Assembly: GCA_003427395.1 (NCBI GenBank) | Contig: BFEA01000011.1 | Location: 6,130,157-6,194,156, forward strand | Origin: Chara braunii | Taxonomy: Eukaryota; Plantae; Charophyceae | Reading direction: 5' to 3' | DNA: 64,000 nt | In this document: piece by piece, positions 1-13,210 of the stretch | Layout of the letters: the number at the start of each line of letters is the position of its first letter | Position numbering within the stretch: position 1 is the first letter of the stretch | The notes under the pieces: generated by a model | What the model was told of the DNA's origin: nothing | Databases searched by the model: none | Seen by the model: the letters and a program-made list of their open reading frames with translations, nothing else | Translations under genes and position numbers: made by a program

Positions 1-292
1 ATATAATCGAACGTTCCCTTCGTCATCGTTTTAACCTACAAGAGACACAAAATTTTATCAATAATCGAATCTAACTTCTCAAATCAAAACCTCGTCATAA
101 TCTTAATATTTCAGTATCTTAAGATTCATAAGATCTATATAATGAAAAAACTAAGATAAGTCATATATATATATATATATATGTACCATTTCAAAATGAT
201 AAAATCATTCAAAATTATTTACTCAAATGTCTACTGATCAAAATTACATCACTTAAGTGTCGTTCCACCAGGGACAACGATAGTTTGTCATT

Positions 293-311
293 ATCCCCGG
301 CAACGGCGCCA
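293..311 (-). promoter_or_regulatory. Primer-binding site complementary to tRNA-Asp 3' end (family C element, internal region runs off the left edge)
   Basis: Minus strand reads TGGCGCCGTTGCCGGGGAT, 2 nt after an LTR end ...GCGCTTCACA (314). This is the Athila-type tRNA-Asp PBS. Confidence 0.9.
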
Positions 312-313
312 CA

Positions 314-1201
314 TGTGAAGCGCATCGCCCCCCTCCTTTTCTCGCGAAGAGGCGGGAACCCTCCTGACCTTGTCACACAGGAGTTAAACAAAAACAACAT
401 AACCAAAGAGACAACTTGGAGACAACGCATTCATAATCCCATGAACCGCCAAGACGGCCTCGGTCGCGTCGTCCCTTCGCCGCTCTAGCTGGGTGCGCTA
501 ACCGTACATCCCGCAGTCCCTTACGAAATGATAGGTTCTTTGGGCACAAGTTGCTTCCCCAAGGGGCTGTCACCACCCTTAGGGGCGTATCCCTACCAAG
601 TTATTTACCCATATACGAAAGCTTTTAAATGCAATTGCAGAGGTGGGTCAACCGAGGGGGTTTGCTCGCTCGCTGTAGTATAGGTACGCGTGGTTAAAAC
701 GCCTATTGAACCCGGACGTCCTTCGTTCCTTAGGGCGCTGATCTCCTAAGTACGAAGCGTACATCGGTCGACAAGGATGGTCTCAACCAAGCGTGAAACC
801 CCCTTGTCCCTTTAAACACTAGTCAAAAAAAAGTTACAATAACCAGACATAGTTATTTCAAAAGGAACCGTCCTTAGTCGATAGGAATGTATATCCCATC
901 TGAAATGATAATAAATAAAAAAATGAATCATTATATCATACATCCAAAGACACAAGATCAAAATAAAATCCGACCAACCCTGGTCGAACTCTACAAAAAT
1001 CATACAGCCACCAGTGAGGAGTTGGTTTCCAACAATAACATTGATGCAGCCGACAAAGTAGTCGGATAAACTCCGTTTTGACTTGATGAGATACGATGCC
1101 AAACTTATCAATTTTAACCCAACTAGACCCACATATTCGTCTTCATACATTTCTAATTTTCTTGGATGACAGACTGTTTTGCGAATGATTATTGATCAGG
1201 T
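314..1201 (-). mobile_element. Family C LTR copy C1 (U5 portion of a 5' LTR)
   Basis: Ends in CA next to the PBS. Homologous in inverted orientation to 1731-2628 and more distantly to 7529-7960 and 56831-57275. Confidence 0.8.
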
Positions 1202-1730
1202 CCATTACTTAAAGTGTTGCATGTCTCACCCTACAGGAAGTGGTCTGGGGTACTTCTCCTCCTCGTCCAAGCACAAAGCTCGGATCTAAGAAGTTGCTCC
1301 GTCTCCAGTGAATCGGCAAAGCACCCCCGTAGAACGGTCCACTCCGGGTCGATGACAGGGTCGGCTTCTAAAGCAACAAACCTCCGCCACAGATGTTTCC
1401 TTGAAAGAGAGAGAGCGTTCACCACAAGTAAATTTTCAGTTGTTCCCATCCTCCTTTGCCTAAGGTAACTCATTCAAAAAGAGTTAGAAGAGATAGAAAA
1501 TGAGAATAATTTGGACAGATAAAAAATATTCAGGATGAAAAGCTACGTTCGCTTGACCTTATCTGCTTTATTTGAATTGAATTCGTTTTACGGTGCTCAC
1601 ATAATTAACAATTTTTAAAACGTAAGTTTTTTTTGTCACACAAACATGTGGTAGGTAGAAACAAGACTATCTTTTTCATCATCTCATGTAGACATAATCG
1701 ACCTCCTTTGCAAACATTCTTCTACCTACC

Positions 1731-2628
1731 ACCTGATCAAGAATCATTCACAAAGCAGTCTGTCATCCAAGAAAATTAGAAATGTATGAAGACGGGTATG
1801 TGGGTCTAGTTTTAAGTCGACAATGGGTTAAAATGAATGACTTTAGCAGTGTATCTCATCAAGTTAAAACGGAGTTTGTCCGACTTCTTTGTCGGGTGCA
1901 TCTATGTTATTGTCGGAAGCCAACTCTTCGTTGGTGGTTGTATGATTTTTGTAGAGTTCAACCTGGTTTGGTTAAAATTTATTTTGATCTTGTGTCTTTG
2001 GGTGTACGATATGATGATTCAAATTCTTTCGATTATCATTTCAGATGGAATATACATTCTTATCGACTAAGGACGGTTCCTTTTGAAATAACTATGTGTA
2101 GTTCTTGTAACTTTCTTTTGACTAGTGTGTAAAGAGACAAAGGGGTTTCACGCTTGGTTGAAACCATCCTTGTCGACCGGCTTATGCTTTGTACTTAGAA
2201 AATCAGCACCCTAAGGAACGGACGACGTCCAGGTCGAATAGGCGTTTTAACCGCGCGTACCTATACTACAGTAAGCAAGCAAACGCCCTCGATTGACCCA
2301 CCTCTGCAATTACATTTAAAAACTTTCGCATGTAGGTCAGTAGCTCGGTAGGGATACGCCCCTAAGGGTGGTGACAACCCCTTAGGGAAGCAACTTGTGC
2401 CCCGGGGAACCTACCCTTTCGTAGGGGGCCGCGAAATGTACAGTGGGTGCACCGGGTTAGAGTGGCGAAGGGACGACGCGACCACGGTCGTCTCGGTTTG
2501 CGGGATTATGAATGCGTTGTCTCCAAGTTGTCTTTTTGGTTATGTTGTTTTCGTTTAACTCCTGCGTGACACGGGCCGGGAGGGCTCCCGCCTCTTCGCG
2601 AGAAAAGGCGGGGGCCGATGCCTCGACA
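1731..2628 (+). mobile_element. Family C LTR copy C2, U5 portion (inverted relative to C1)
   Basis: Diverged reverse complement of 314-1201. Ends ...GCCTCGACA followed by ACGT, with no PBS. Confidence 0.8.
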
Positions 2629-2819
2629 ACGTAATGTGAGGTGAAATTGAGAGAAAAATATAACTTGAAAAAAAAAAAAAGTTCAAAGGCAAAAACTTGT
2701 CCTTACTCTTCCATGAGTACCAACCTGCTCCTTCAATGATGCAAGTGCGAGATGTAAGAAACCCTTGAGAAGGGTCGTATCCATAAACATTATGACCATA
2801 CCCCTCTCTCATGAATCAA

Positions 2820-4572
2820 GTAATCGTTGCCTCGTGGGATGTAAGGGGTTAAGGTGATAAAAATGAAAGGAATAAATACAGGAGATTGCAGGTATGGATT
2901 CACACGCAAAAGCCCAAATCATATGCTTACAAGAACTAAGTTACTTTAGTAAAAGATGCAGAATGGGCAGATGGTGGGACGAACGGAGATTGAAGACATG
3001 GATTCTCATGCAAAATCCCAAATCATATGCTTACATGAAACTTAAGTTAGACTCTAGTAAAATACACGGCGTGGGCAGATGGTGAGACAACCCACAGTTG
3101 TGGGCCGCAACCCAGAGGACAAAAAAAAGAACCATCATTCTGATTTATCAAGACCTGGACTTTGAGTAGGTGAACGGGTGCTTTGATAAATATGGTAGGT
3201 GAGTATGTGGACGAAAGGAGTGGTGCAGAAGCATCCCATATTATTATGTGTACGTATGCCCAAGGAACATTTACATTTCTTTGCACATTTTGCAGATGTC
3301 ATACCAGACGTGGACAACTTAATTATCACAAGGGATTGAAATTCACACTTGAACCCTGTGATAGATACTTTGGAAGTGAAGTCTATTTGTCCATATTCTA
3401 AAATCCTCTTAGAACTGTTGGAAAAACAAAGCCTTATTGATGCATATCGGGTCATTCATCCGAATGACTCCAGTTTCACATGGCACGCTGCGAGCAGAGG
3501 CTGCACAGTCTCAAGGAAACATCGAAGACTCGATATGATATTTGTGCAAGTGTCAATCGTTGTCCATTAGTCTCATAGTGGATCCCTTGTTGGACCATTA
3601 CCCTTGATTAACTCGGTTTTTTCTTGACCCATGTATCAAAAACACAACGTTTTTTTTTAGACTGAATATAGATCATATGCATAACCAAAGTATCGTGCAG
3701 TGGGTTAAAGACCAAAACTGTGCTTCGCTTTCAACCAAGGACTTGTTCCCATCTAGGGGCGAGTGACTAACCACGAGTTTAAAAATCATTTTGAAAGACC
3801 TTGCATTTTTTTTCGATTATTAAGTCTGGCTTTGGGAACAAAGTAGATCAGAACTGCAAAAACAAAATTGAGGGGGCGGAAGTGGTAATGGTCGCACACC
3901 CCGTCTGAGATATCTTTTGAGCCAGGGAATTAATTTGGTGGCTGGCAAAATGAGAATCAAATCAATTAAACAACATAAAATATAGCATGAGAGGTGCAAA
4001 GTCCAGGGTATAAAGAAACTAGATCTGATGAAGAAAAAAACTTTTGCTCTGGTGAACTTCCGAACTTCTCATTATAGTATCATGAAGGAGCGCGCCCACC
4101 TATTCAATCCCAACCTTTGGACCACTTTCGAACCCAGGAGTATGCGCGGGTATTACGCCGTAATATATTTTCGTGATATTTTAACGTCCCGAAAACCAAT
4201 AGACGGTGCACACAAAAATAATGAGTAATGTATCCATGTTCTGAACACGCACAGAGACAATGATTCCTACTGAAGGTTAATTGACCCTAGACATACCTAT
4301 TACCACAGAGGAGCTGACACATGCAATCAGCCAAATTACCAAAGTATCCTATCAAAGTTTTAATGTAGTTTGGAGAATTATTTGTGTAAGATTTGGTTGA
4401 GATTTATAGTTAAGTATTGACTGGGGTAAAGTTGCCCCAAGTATGACTAAAGGCATCATAGTGTTTTTGTTTAAGAAAGGGGAGAAAAACAACATTTGTA
4501 ATTGGCGCTTCATTTCCCTATTGAATACAATATATAAACTCCTCATAAACACACTAGCTCTCAGACCTGCCC
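2820..4572 (+). pseudogene. Highly degenerate L1-like LINE ORF2 fragment (AP endonuclease to start of RT)
   Basis: Scattered motifs SWDVRG, IICLQE, DAYRVIHPNDSSFTW, RRLDMIF and NWRFISLLNTIYKL, with many stops and frameshifts. Confidence 0.75.
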
Positions 4573-6895
4573 CACAACTTGCCCCAAATTGAAACAAAAT
4601 GGGGCGGCTCATTTCCAAGTGCATCTGAGATCAATTTTGGGTCCGGATGTACTTGAAACATGTGTTTTCCTTCCCTATTGTAATCCGTTGTATCTTGAGA
4701 CCTTGATTTTCTTTGATTTTCTCAGACAAATCTTAAGAAAATCAAGATACTTTGTGATTGATTCACCCTAGGATGAATCCGGTCACAAACATATCTCCCA
4801 AGTGACCGTTTTTTATCGTTAGTAGTCTTTTTTTTTTTTTTTTTCTCTTTTTTTTTTCCTCCATAAGATCCGGACACTAGGGGCTTGCCAGTCCCTACCG
4901 TATCAGTCCCTACTGACAACCAACTCACTCCCACATTCTCCTTCTATTTTGTTTCTCTCTCCTCTTTTTTTTTTTTTTTTTTTTTTTTTACATGCGAAGT
5001 GTCAACTAGTTGTTGAGACTTTTTCTAGGCCCTTCATCTTGATCTAGGCCTAGATCATGCCCAAGGGGCAATCCGTTATTTCTCGGACTCTCATTTTGTC
5101 GATGTTTACTCCAAACGGTGACCCCTCCTATTTCAATTTTTCCTTGGTAACTTATTTTTCACATGAAGCCTCTCAAGGCTCCAATTTCTCTAGGGTGGCC
5201 GGTTCGAGATATTCCGGACTGCAATCCACACCCCCCTTCTCTATTTATTTCCTTTTTTTCCTTCTATAAATTATCCGCTTGACCTTACTGGTACTTGCAC
5301 TAGCAGTGCTAATATTTTGGGTCATCGGATCTTTATCTCAACGACGCATCTTGCTTTGAATATTTATTCCTCATTCTTCTTGGGACAACTCAAGTCCTCG
5401 ACACTTGTCCCGCACTAGTCCTCGACACTTGTCCCTCGATAGTTCCTGACACTTAACCCGCCGATGATCCCGTCGGCACGTATCATAAAATGTGATTATT
5501 TTTACTTTGTTCCACGCGATCCTTGATATCACTCCACATGCAGTCCCAATTTTATTTGGGACTCCCTACTCCCGAACAGTCCCAATTTCCTCCTCCTGAC
5601 GCGTCCAAGTGTGCCAATTATTATTGACCATTTAATCTTTGATCTTGCGGTTGTTGTTCATTGCCGTCTTTTGGTCCTCATGCTTGGGGCCCTCTTTTCT
5701 AGTACTGTGCGGTCGTCTAGGTTCAATCTCTCATGTACTTGTCACTCCCTTGCAGTTTGTTATATTTTGGGGTGCAATTGTGACTTTTTTCCTAGACCCA
5801 TTGCCCCTATGCTTGCCCAAAACCGAAACAAAATGAAGCGACACATCCCAAAGTGCATCCGAACCCAATATTGGTTTCGGATGTACTTGAAATATGCGTT
5901 TGTTTTACTTTTTGTGGTCCGTTGCATCTCGGCCTACCTCCCTTTTATTTTATTTTGATTTTCTCTTCGAAAATTAAAAACAATCAAGTCATTTTGCAAC
6001 GTTTCATCATAGGATGAATTCGGTCGCAAAATGTATGTAAAACATGTGTTTGCTTTTGCTCTAGGTGTCCGTTTTTGTCTGTTTCTGTCCCAACTGCATC
6101 TAGTCTTGATGAAGTCTTGTTCAAGGCATCTAGGCCTCTTTTGGGAAGGAGCAAGTTGACCATGATGTGACGGCTTCCCCTTTTTCCACTCCCATACTCA
6201 CCTACTTCTCCTATTCTCTCTTTCTAGGCATTTTTCTCCTCACCTTTGCTATCCGTTTTACTCTGGATTACACTAGGACCTCACTTTTCAGGTTCAGGGT
6301 ATCTGTGTCTTCCGTATTCAAGACCCTTGTGATCCGTTGCGTCCCCTTTAAGTCTCTTTTCAGTTTCAAGGCCTAGGACCCTCAAAATTGAGGCTCTCCT
6401 TCTCTTTTTCAAACCGTTTTTATTTTGACTACCAAGGCCACTCATTTTTCAGGTCGCCCGTTATCCGACACTTGCTTGGGTGGGGCCTACTAGCCTTTTC
6501 TTTGTATTCTCCTTGCTTGGTCCATGATCCTTAGGCTTTTCTCATGCCGAATTCAGATGGCCTCCTCAGTCGCATACTACGATCCCATCCGTCGGTGCCA
6601 CGACACTATTTTCCTCAACGTCGTTGGCCCCCTTCTACCTTCGACACTCAGCCTCTGGTATTATTTTCTCGGCGGCCCTCATTTTTTGAGAAGGAGGGTC
6701 GCCGCCTTTACTAATTTTCTGCAGCACTTTGTTGGTCTATTCTTGGCCCTAGAGCTCCGGCAGCCTCGAGCATCTTCCTATGTCCTAGGAGCCCAAACTA
6801 TTGCCCCTCATTCCGGATTCCTCTGTCGTGCACACTTTCGTCATTTATCATGTCTCAAGAGCCGGGACCCGATTCGGGAACCACAAGTCCCGACA
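4573..6895 (-). mobile_element. Probable U3 portion of family C solo LTR C2
   Basis: Terminates in CCGACA (minus strand TGTCGG, the same terminus as C3) followed by ACGT, exactly where LTR-B homology stops. Contains a diverged direct duplication (about 4578-4790 and 5812-6030). Confidence 0.55.
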
Positions 6896-7528
6896 ACGTA
6901 CGTACACAACACTTGGATTTACCCTGAATGTCTGCACTCACGCTCACACACTATCTCCTAACTTCTACACATAGGCGGCTATGGCCGCCGTCGTCTTCCT
7001 CCTCCTAACGGCTATGACTCATCCTCTTCCACCTTTGAGCTTCTTGCTGACCACCGGAACTCAACGCACAAGTCACTCGAACAGCGCTTCCACGTTGTTC
7101 CCCAGATAATGAGTGATTGACTAATCACTGCCTCTTTATTCATACTGGTTCGTTTGGTGGTCAGGGTATGCCCGATGTCCCAAACCCTCAAGATATGCAG
7201 TCCCACTCTGGTATTTGCTGCAAAACGGATTGGACTGGGACTGCCCTTTTACTTGCCCCTTCGGTGTTTAACTTAGGATTCTTGACATTTCAGAGATGAA
7301 CGGATTACCCTTTCAACCTTCGAGAGGTCAAGTTGACTCTTCGTGCACTGTTCTAGCCACGACCTACTGACCCATCAAAGGATGTATGGGCATAAACTTC
7401 TGAAAGGTCAAGACTGTAAATTTGTCATTTTAGGAAACTTACAGACGACCCTTAAAACTCCTAAACAACTAATCTACGGATGAAATTCACACGATCTAAG
7501 CTAAAAAAAGAAAAACATTTGTATACGG
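6896..7528 (-). mobile_element. Element B 3' LTR, middle segment
   Basis: Homologous to 30573-30985 (same strand) and to 21782-22010 (opposite strand). Confidence 0.85.
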
Positions 7529-9231
7529 TGTCGAGCGCATTGGTTCCACGCCGCGCCGAGGGGGACCCTCCCGGCCGCGTCACACAGGAGTAGGTCTATT
7601 TCTTCATCACGATACACATGGAGCTTCCGCAGGCCGCTTTGGCCGAGTGCGCCAACCATACCTCTCCCGAACCCCCAAGACAGGATAGGGCGAACGCGAG
7701 GCACGACTTACCTCCACCTTACGAGAGTTGTCACCTCCCTTCGGTGGGCATATCCCCGCCGAGCTACCAGTCCACAGTACAAAAGTTAATCAGTTGCAAT
7801 CGCAGAGGTGGACCAGGCGAGGGCGTTTCTCGTTCGTTGTAGCATAAGGGGTATGAGCGGTCTCACACCTCTATCGGACCCGCACGCGAACCGATGCACT
7901 GGGGGCTGAAGTCCCAAGCGCGACTCATCGTCAATCGACTAGGATGCATCCCACTTACCATGCGTTACATCACTCACACATACAGAACGACACAAAACAA
8001 ACAACACAACAACACTCCTAGTCCATCCATCCCATATCCTTCCGACGAGGAAATCGGATAGGCGACGCGCGTGAGACTTAGTATAAGAACCGCGCGGACG
8101 CAGGACCTTCCCATATCGACTAGCAATGCATAAATACGCAAGTAGTCACAATGATGGCGTACTATGTAGTGCCCATAATCAAGCGGTCCCTCGTAGATCC
8201 GAGTACCGCTTATGACACTCAAGTGTCAATCTCGAAGTATCGTGAGGGTCGACCCCTTCACGATATTGCATAGCCGGTGGGCAGGGCAAATAGGCTCTGC
8301 GCAGAGGGTGATCCCTTCCACGCGGAGTCTGGGATCTGGGATGTCCTGGACAAGGACCTCGAACCCAGGCCTAGAGCCAACATCTGACTAAGAAATTTTA
8401 GGAAGCAACATAGTAAAGGAAGGGAGTTTTCTTTCCTTTCTCAATCTCAACCCAGTAAAAACCATTAGGTGTGGGCCCTATAGGCCATGCAAACACTCAA
8501 CGTAGGTAGGTACGTATATACATATAGTGGGGAATAAATATGTGACGATCACTTCTCACAGTCACAATGAGACTCCTCTCAGCCATATATATGTACGTAA
8601 TCGCAAACAGTTAATTCCAAAGTCTGAACCACATAACATACCTGCAATCATATCAAAGAATCAACGAAGGTCCACGCACTACACGGGGTCAACTTCAACC
8701 ACTCGCTATACTCATACCCCCTGCTTTAACCATGCAAGCCCCAACCTTTGTCCAACCTTCCAAAAATAAATACTCAACATCTTCGTTAAATGACCATTGA
8801 ATAAAAGTCTGGGTAAAAACCTCAACAAAATAATAGAAACCACCAGGGCTAAAACCTTTTTGGTTGGGTATTGAGAATGAATTGGAGTTGAGTCGTAGAC
8901 CGACGAACCAGCAACCGACCTGTTATCAGTGATAAGAGAAGATGATCCTCATAGGATCAAGTTGAAACTAGTTCAAATCTCGAATCAGAATGATAAAAAA
9001 GAACCTGTACCATACGACATGTCAATCCCCAAGCTAAATGATCAGTGTATGGGGAATAATTCTCCATAGCACATTCTTACTCAAAACTATCTACCAACTA
9101 AGTTTAAGTCTATCCTTGAGCCATGAGCCAATGTCAAAAGAAAAGGTAGACCTTTGTCAGAATCTTCCCTATTCAAGATGGATTACCAGAATCGCCACTT
9201 GTCAAAATATAGCCTAATTTCACTAAACTAA

Positions 9232-9770
9232 AAAAATTTCAGCAGAGCTTCCCATAGAAAAAATGCTCTTTTAAAATTTATATCAACTTAAATATAAAAA
9301 TTGAAACAATATCTAACTCTGAAAAGTCAAGTTTTGTTCAATTTTTTGAATTAGTAAAAATTAGGGCAGCATCTCTATTAGAAAAGCAGACTTCCAAATT
9401 TATACTAAGTTAAATAAAAACTCAAAGTAAAACTTGAGTTCAACCAAGATAAAATTTAACTAACTGCTTAGTTTTGTATAAATTTTGGCAGCGTTTCCCA
9501 TAGAGAAAGTAACTTTTCAAAATTTATAAAAAACTAAATTTAAATTTAGAAATAATTTTGACTTCCTAAAGTTCAATTTTGTCTAACTCTCTGGTTTAGC
9601 AAAAAAATAGCCCGCATCCCCTTTAGAAAAGGAGACTTTCCAGATTTTTACTAAGCCATACATAAAATTTACACAAACGTAACTTTGAAAAGTCAAATAT
9701 AACTAACTCCTTCGTTTTGTAGAAATTTCGGCAGCGCTTCCTGTAGAGAAAGTAACTTACCAAGATTTAT
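9232..9770. repeat. Degenerate ~122-bp tandem repeat (5 units) inside LTR C3
   Basis: AAATTTYGGCAGCR.TTCCC.TAGAAA-like core recurs at ~9232, 9356, 9478, 9601 and 9721. The same unit occurs in C4 at ~58523, 58645 and 58766. Confidence 0.7.
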
Positions 9771-12700
9771 ACAAGACCAAGGATAACAAAAGATCCAAGA
9801 AAATGCAGAAATTAACCTAAGTAAAATAAACTTAGCTCATAAAATGCAGGAATTGAAACTAACTCCCATGGATCTAGCACGTGTCGAACTTCTAAAGCAA
9901 CTACCTATCAAACTGAAACTCAGATTAAGTAGTAATACCACTCAGCCACATGCAAGGCCAAACCACAAAGGTAAGTACTCTCACCAACCCAAAGTTAATC
10001 TTGTCAAGCAATAGTTCGTAGTCTTTCAATGATTTATCCATTTATACCCCGCTTACATAAGGCATAAAGCTAAACCACCCAAACTTATGGAACAATGTAT
10101 AGCTCAACCATTGAGTATATACAAACAGAGGGAACTACAACTTTTCTCTTCTTTGGGGATATGATTAGGTTGTCCATCCTAGTCACCCTGAACTGTTTAA
10201 GTATCCAAGTTATATATAATTATTTGCACTTAATCTTGTAAGGTAACATATGACTGGACCGATCATCTTTGCTCAAAGCTCAACCTGTCCCTTCTTACCA
10301 TAAGTTTATTCTAAATTAATACTCTCTTCAGTTTCTGATAAGCTATAGTCAGACTACCCAAACTTATGAGAATGTGTCTGACTAGCCTGTTCATAGATAA
10401 AGTAATAATAAAATATAGTCAAGTTATAACATTTTGGTTCCAACATGTGCGTGGCATTGGACCAAGACCACCAAAACTTATGAAACATGTCTGGTGCTCT
10501 GCCCAATTTATTTTTTCTTAATGGTGAAACAGGAAGAGGTCGAGTCACCCAAACACATGGAACATGCTCAAACCCCCTCATCCACAACAAAAAAAAACTG
10601 AGAAAAAAAAAAATAAACAAGGCAACCAAGCCACCCTAACTTATGAGACTTTGCTTGGTCCCCAAATCCACAGACAGTCCTCACAAGTCAGAGCAACAAG
10701 ACCACTCAAACTTATGAAACATGTCTGGTCCCCCAAGCAACTCAAAAATAAACATAGCACTTGACTTCCCCAAACTTATGGAGACTTGCCCTGCGTTTGA
10801 TGGACCTATTCAGACACAAGCGATATTACCTTCGTCCCATCCTTCCCCGAGGTGCAATCCCTTCCCACAATCTGCTTTCAGTCAGACAACAAAACTGAAA
10901 CTGACATTGCGCATGCCTTCCTTTATTTAAGTCTGGTTTAAGTCCTGAAAGTCAAAGTAAGGGTGCACGCAGTATACTCAGTCAAACATAGCAAGAAGTA
11001 CGAATAGGAGTGATAATTGGGTTTATAAAGGAGAATGAAACCGTTACCTCTCAGTTCCCTGCCTCCAGAACTCCTCCTGAGTTCCGGCAGAGATCCCACA
11101 ATCGGTGGGCTGACTCCCCACAGAGTCTTGCTGCGGTCCTAAGGGTTGCAATCCCCCCTGCCGCCTTCCTCTCTAAACAAGATTAGACTTAGAGTAAGAA
11201 AGGCAGAAGGAGGGGTTTTCGACTCTCGAGATACAAGAGAGGGACTGACTCAACTCTCAAGAGAGGGCCTTGTTATCTTCCATCGCCTGAGGGCCCCGCA
11301 ATGATGATCCGAAATGCGCAGCAGCTTGGTCAATCCAAAGTCAAACCGTTGACCGTTGACCTTCTGACGACTCTCTCGCTTCGTAGCAATACCCCAGGTT
11401 ACAACGCACAACCTCCCCTTGCTCAACCATAATATCTCTCCCTCAATCTAAACTGCCGCTTCCCAGTCTGCAAGCCTATGCTTAAGCGCTACCTACCCCC
11501 GTGTTCTTATTCGGGGGTGTGTGTGTCAACTCCGTATCAATCGGTTATCCGTAACAACGGAAATGCCCCCCACCTCTCAATCACATTAACAACTTCAGGC
11601 TCCGAATCCAGTGGTGCGGTCCCAACAACTGTCCCCCGTCACACCAGCCATTCGTCAGGTGCCGCGGCACAAGTATGGACTAAGAGGCCGTCCCATGCAA
11701 GCACAGTCGTACGTACTAGGGAAGCTATTTCCGACGATATGGTGCGCAACACACTGGCCACCAGGTCAGTCTACAAGCTCGCGACTTTCCCCCTTGCTGC
11801 TCCGACTTGAGTGAGAGGCACGCCGACTGAAGTTACAGCAGCCTAACTGGCCGCTGTCTCGCACATTAGGGCAAAGATCAGCCGATCGAAGCAATCATCC
11901 AGATAGAGGCGGACCACTATTGATCAACGCCCGTGATCATGAAGACAAACACGACGTCGGACCCCTCAACATCAAGGGTGCGGCCATGCTCACGACAATC
12001 AACAATTTCACAGCGACAACCTGCCGGTATGACTGCAGTGATGGTGGCAACTAAGTTTTGTTCTTAATCATGATGCGTGCGTCTTCATCCCGCTACTCAC
12101 TAAATGTGCAATACGGGAACGAATCTTCCCGTAAGGCACGAAAAGATTCATCGCCTGACTGTCAACACCTTCCGCTTTTCCCGTCGCCTCCTTACACTTT
12201 CGCGCAACCTGTAATATCAATACGACTAAACCACCAACTCTACTCTAACTCTAACCCCTCCATCTAACTCGCAGCGGGGCAAAACCCCCGTTTACCACTT
12301 CACATTGTCCGAATCCTGACGAGGTGCATGTCTTCCCTCGCGCCATCACCGGTTCTCCTGCACAGCCCAATCCTTCACTAACTTGTAACTTACTACCCTA
12401 CCGCCTATTCTAACCATAGATTCATAATCGCCCATACTTGAAACCCCCGAAACGAATCCTTCTTCGTCGAAAACGATCAAGAATTGACCAAGTTATGACA
12501 ACTTTACCCTCTATCTTCCTCGTTCTCCGCCATTTTTGCGCATGCCTTTTTCCTCTAACCTCCGAAATCACTAACCTACTTCTAAAACTAAGCTCGGATT
12601 CGGATTCGCCCGGACTTAAAAGCCCAGAATCGTCCTTCTACTCACCTGATTCTGCTAAGCATCAAGCGAGTTGTGCATATCCAGTTGCGCCCTGCCCCAC

Positions 12701-13210
12701 ACCCGCCATAGTTTGGTCCTTTCGTTTTCAACTTCTTAATGTACCTGGCGCGATTTAGCGTCCAGGTTCATTCGTTCTTTCCTCGAATTCATTGCCTCCT
12801 CCCTCCTTGTTTCTCTTCTCCTCCTACCTCGTCTTGTCCTCTGCTACTAACTCCCTTCCACATCCCCTCTTTCAATCTCCTCGCTCGTGCTTCCTTCACC
12901 ATCGCCTTCGTCGAATGTACCCGGCGTCCCACTGCGCCTGGGTCCGTTCGACTCTTTCTCTTTTCTTCTTCGGCCGCTGCCTTCCTTTCCGTCCGCTGCT
13001 CGATCCTTTCGCCTTTGCTCCAATGGCACTTAGCGCAGCGTTCTCGCCCGACAACTTCAGCCGAACTCCAAGAAAACCTCGACGAAAAAAAAAATCAGTC
13101 AAGTAGTCCGAGTTCGGTTAGTCCTCCCTTTCTACTCCCAGACCCATCGACCGATTGCCACATCTGTGTCTCAGCCGGCCCCGACAGAGCTCCTTTTTGC
13201 TTTGTAATGT

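Noticed and set aside
4322-4330. TGCAATCAG as the missing end of element B 3' LTR
   Set aside because: Only 9 nt match, and it lies within LINE coding remnants.
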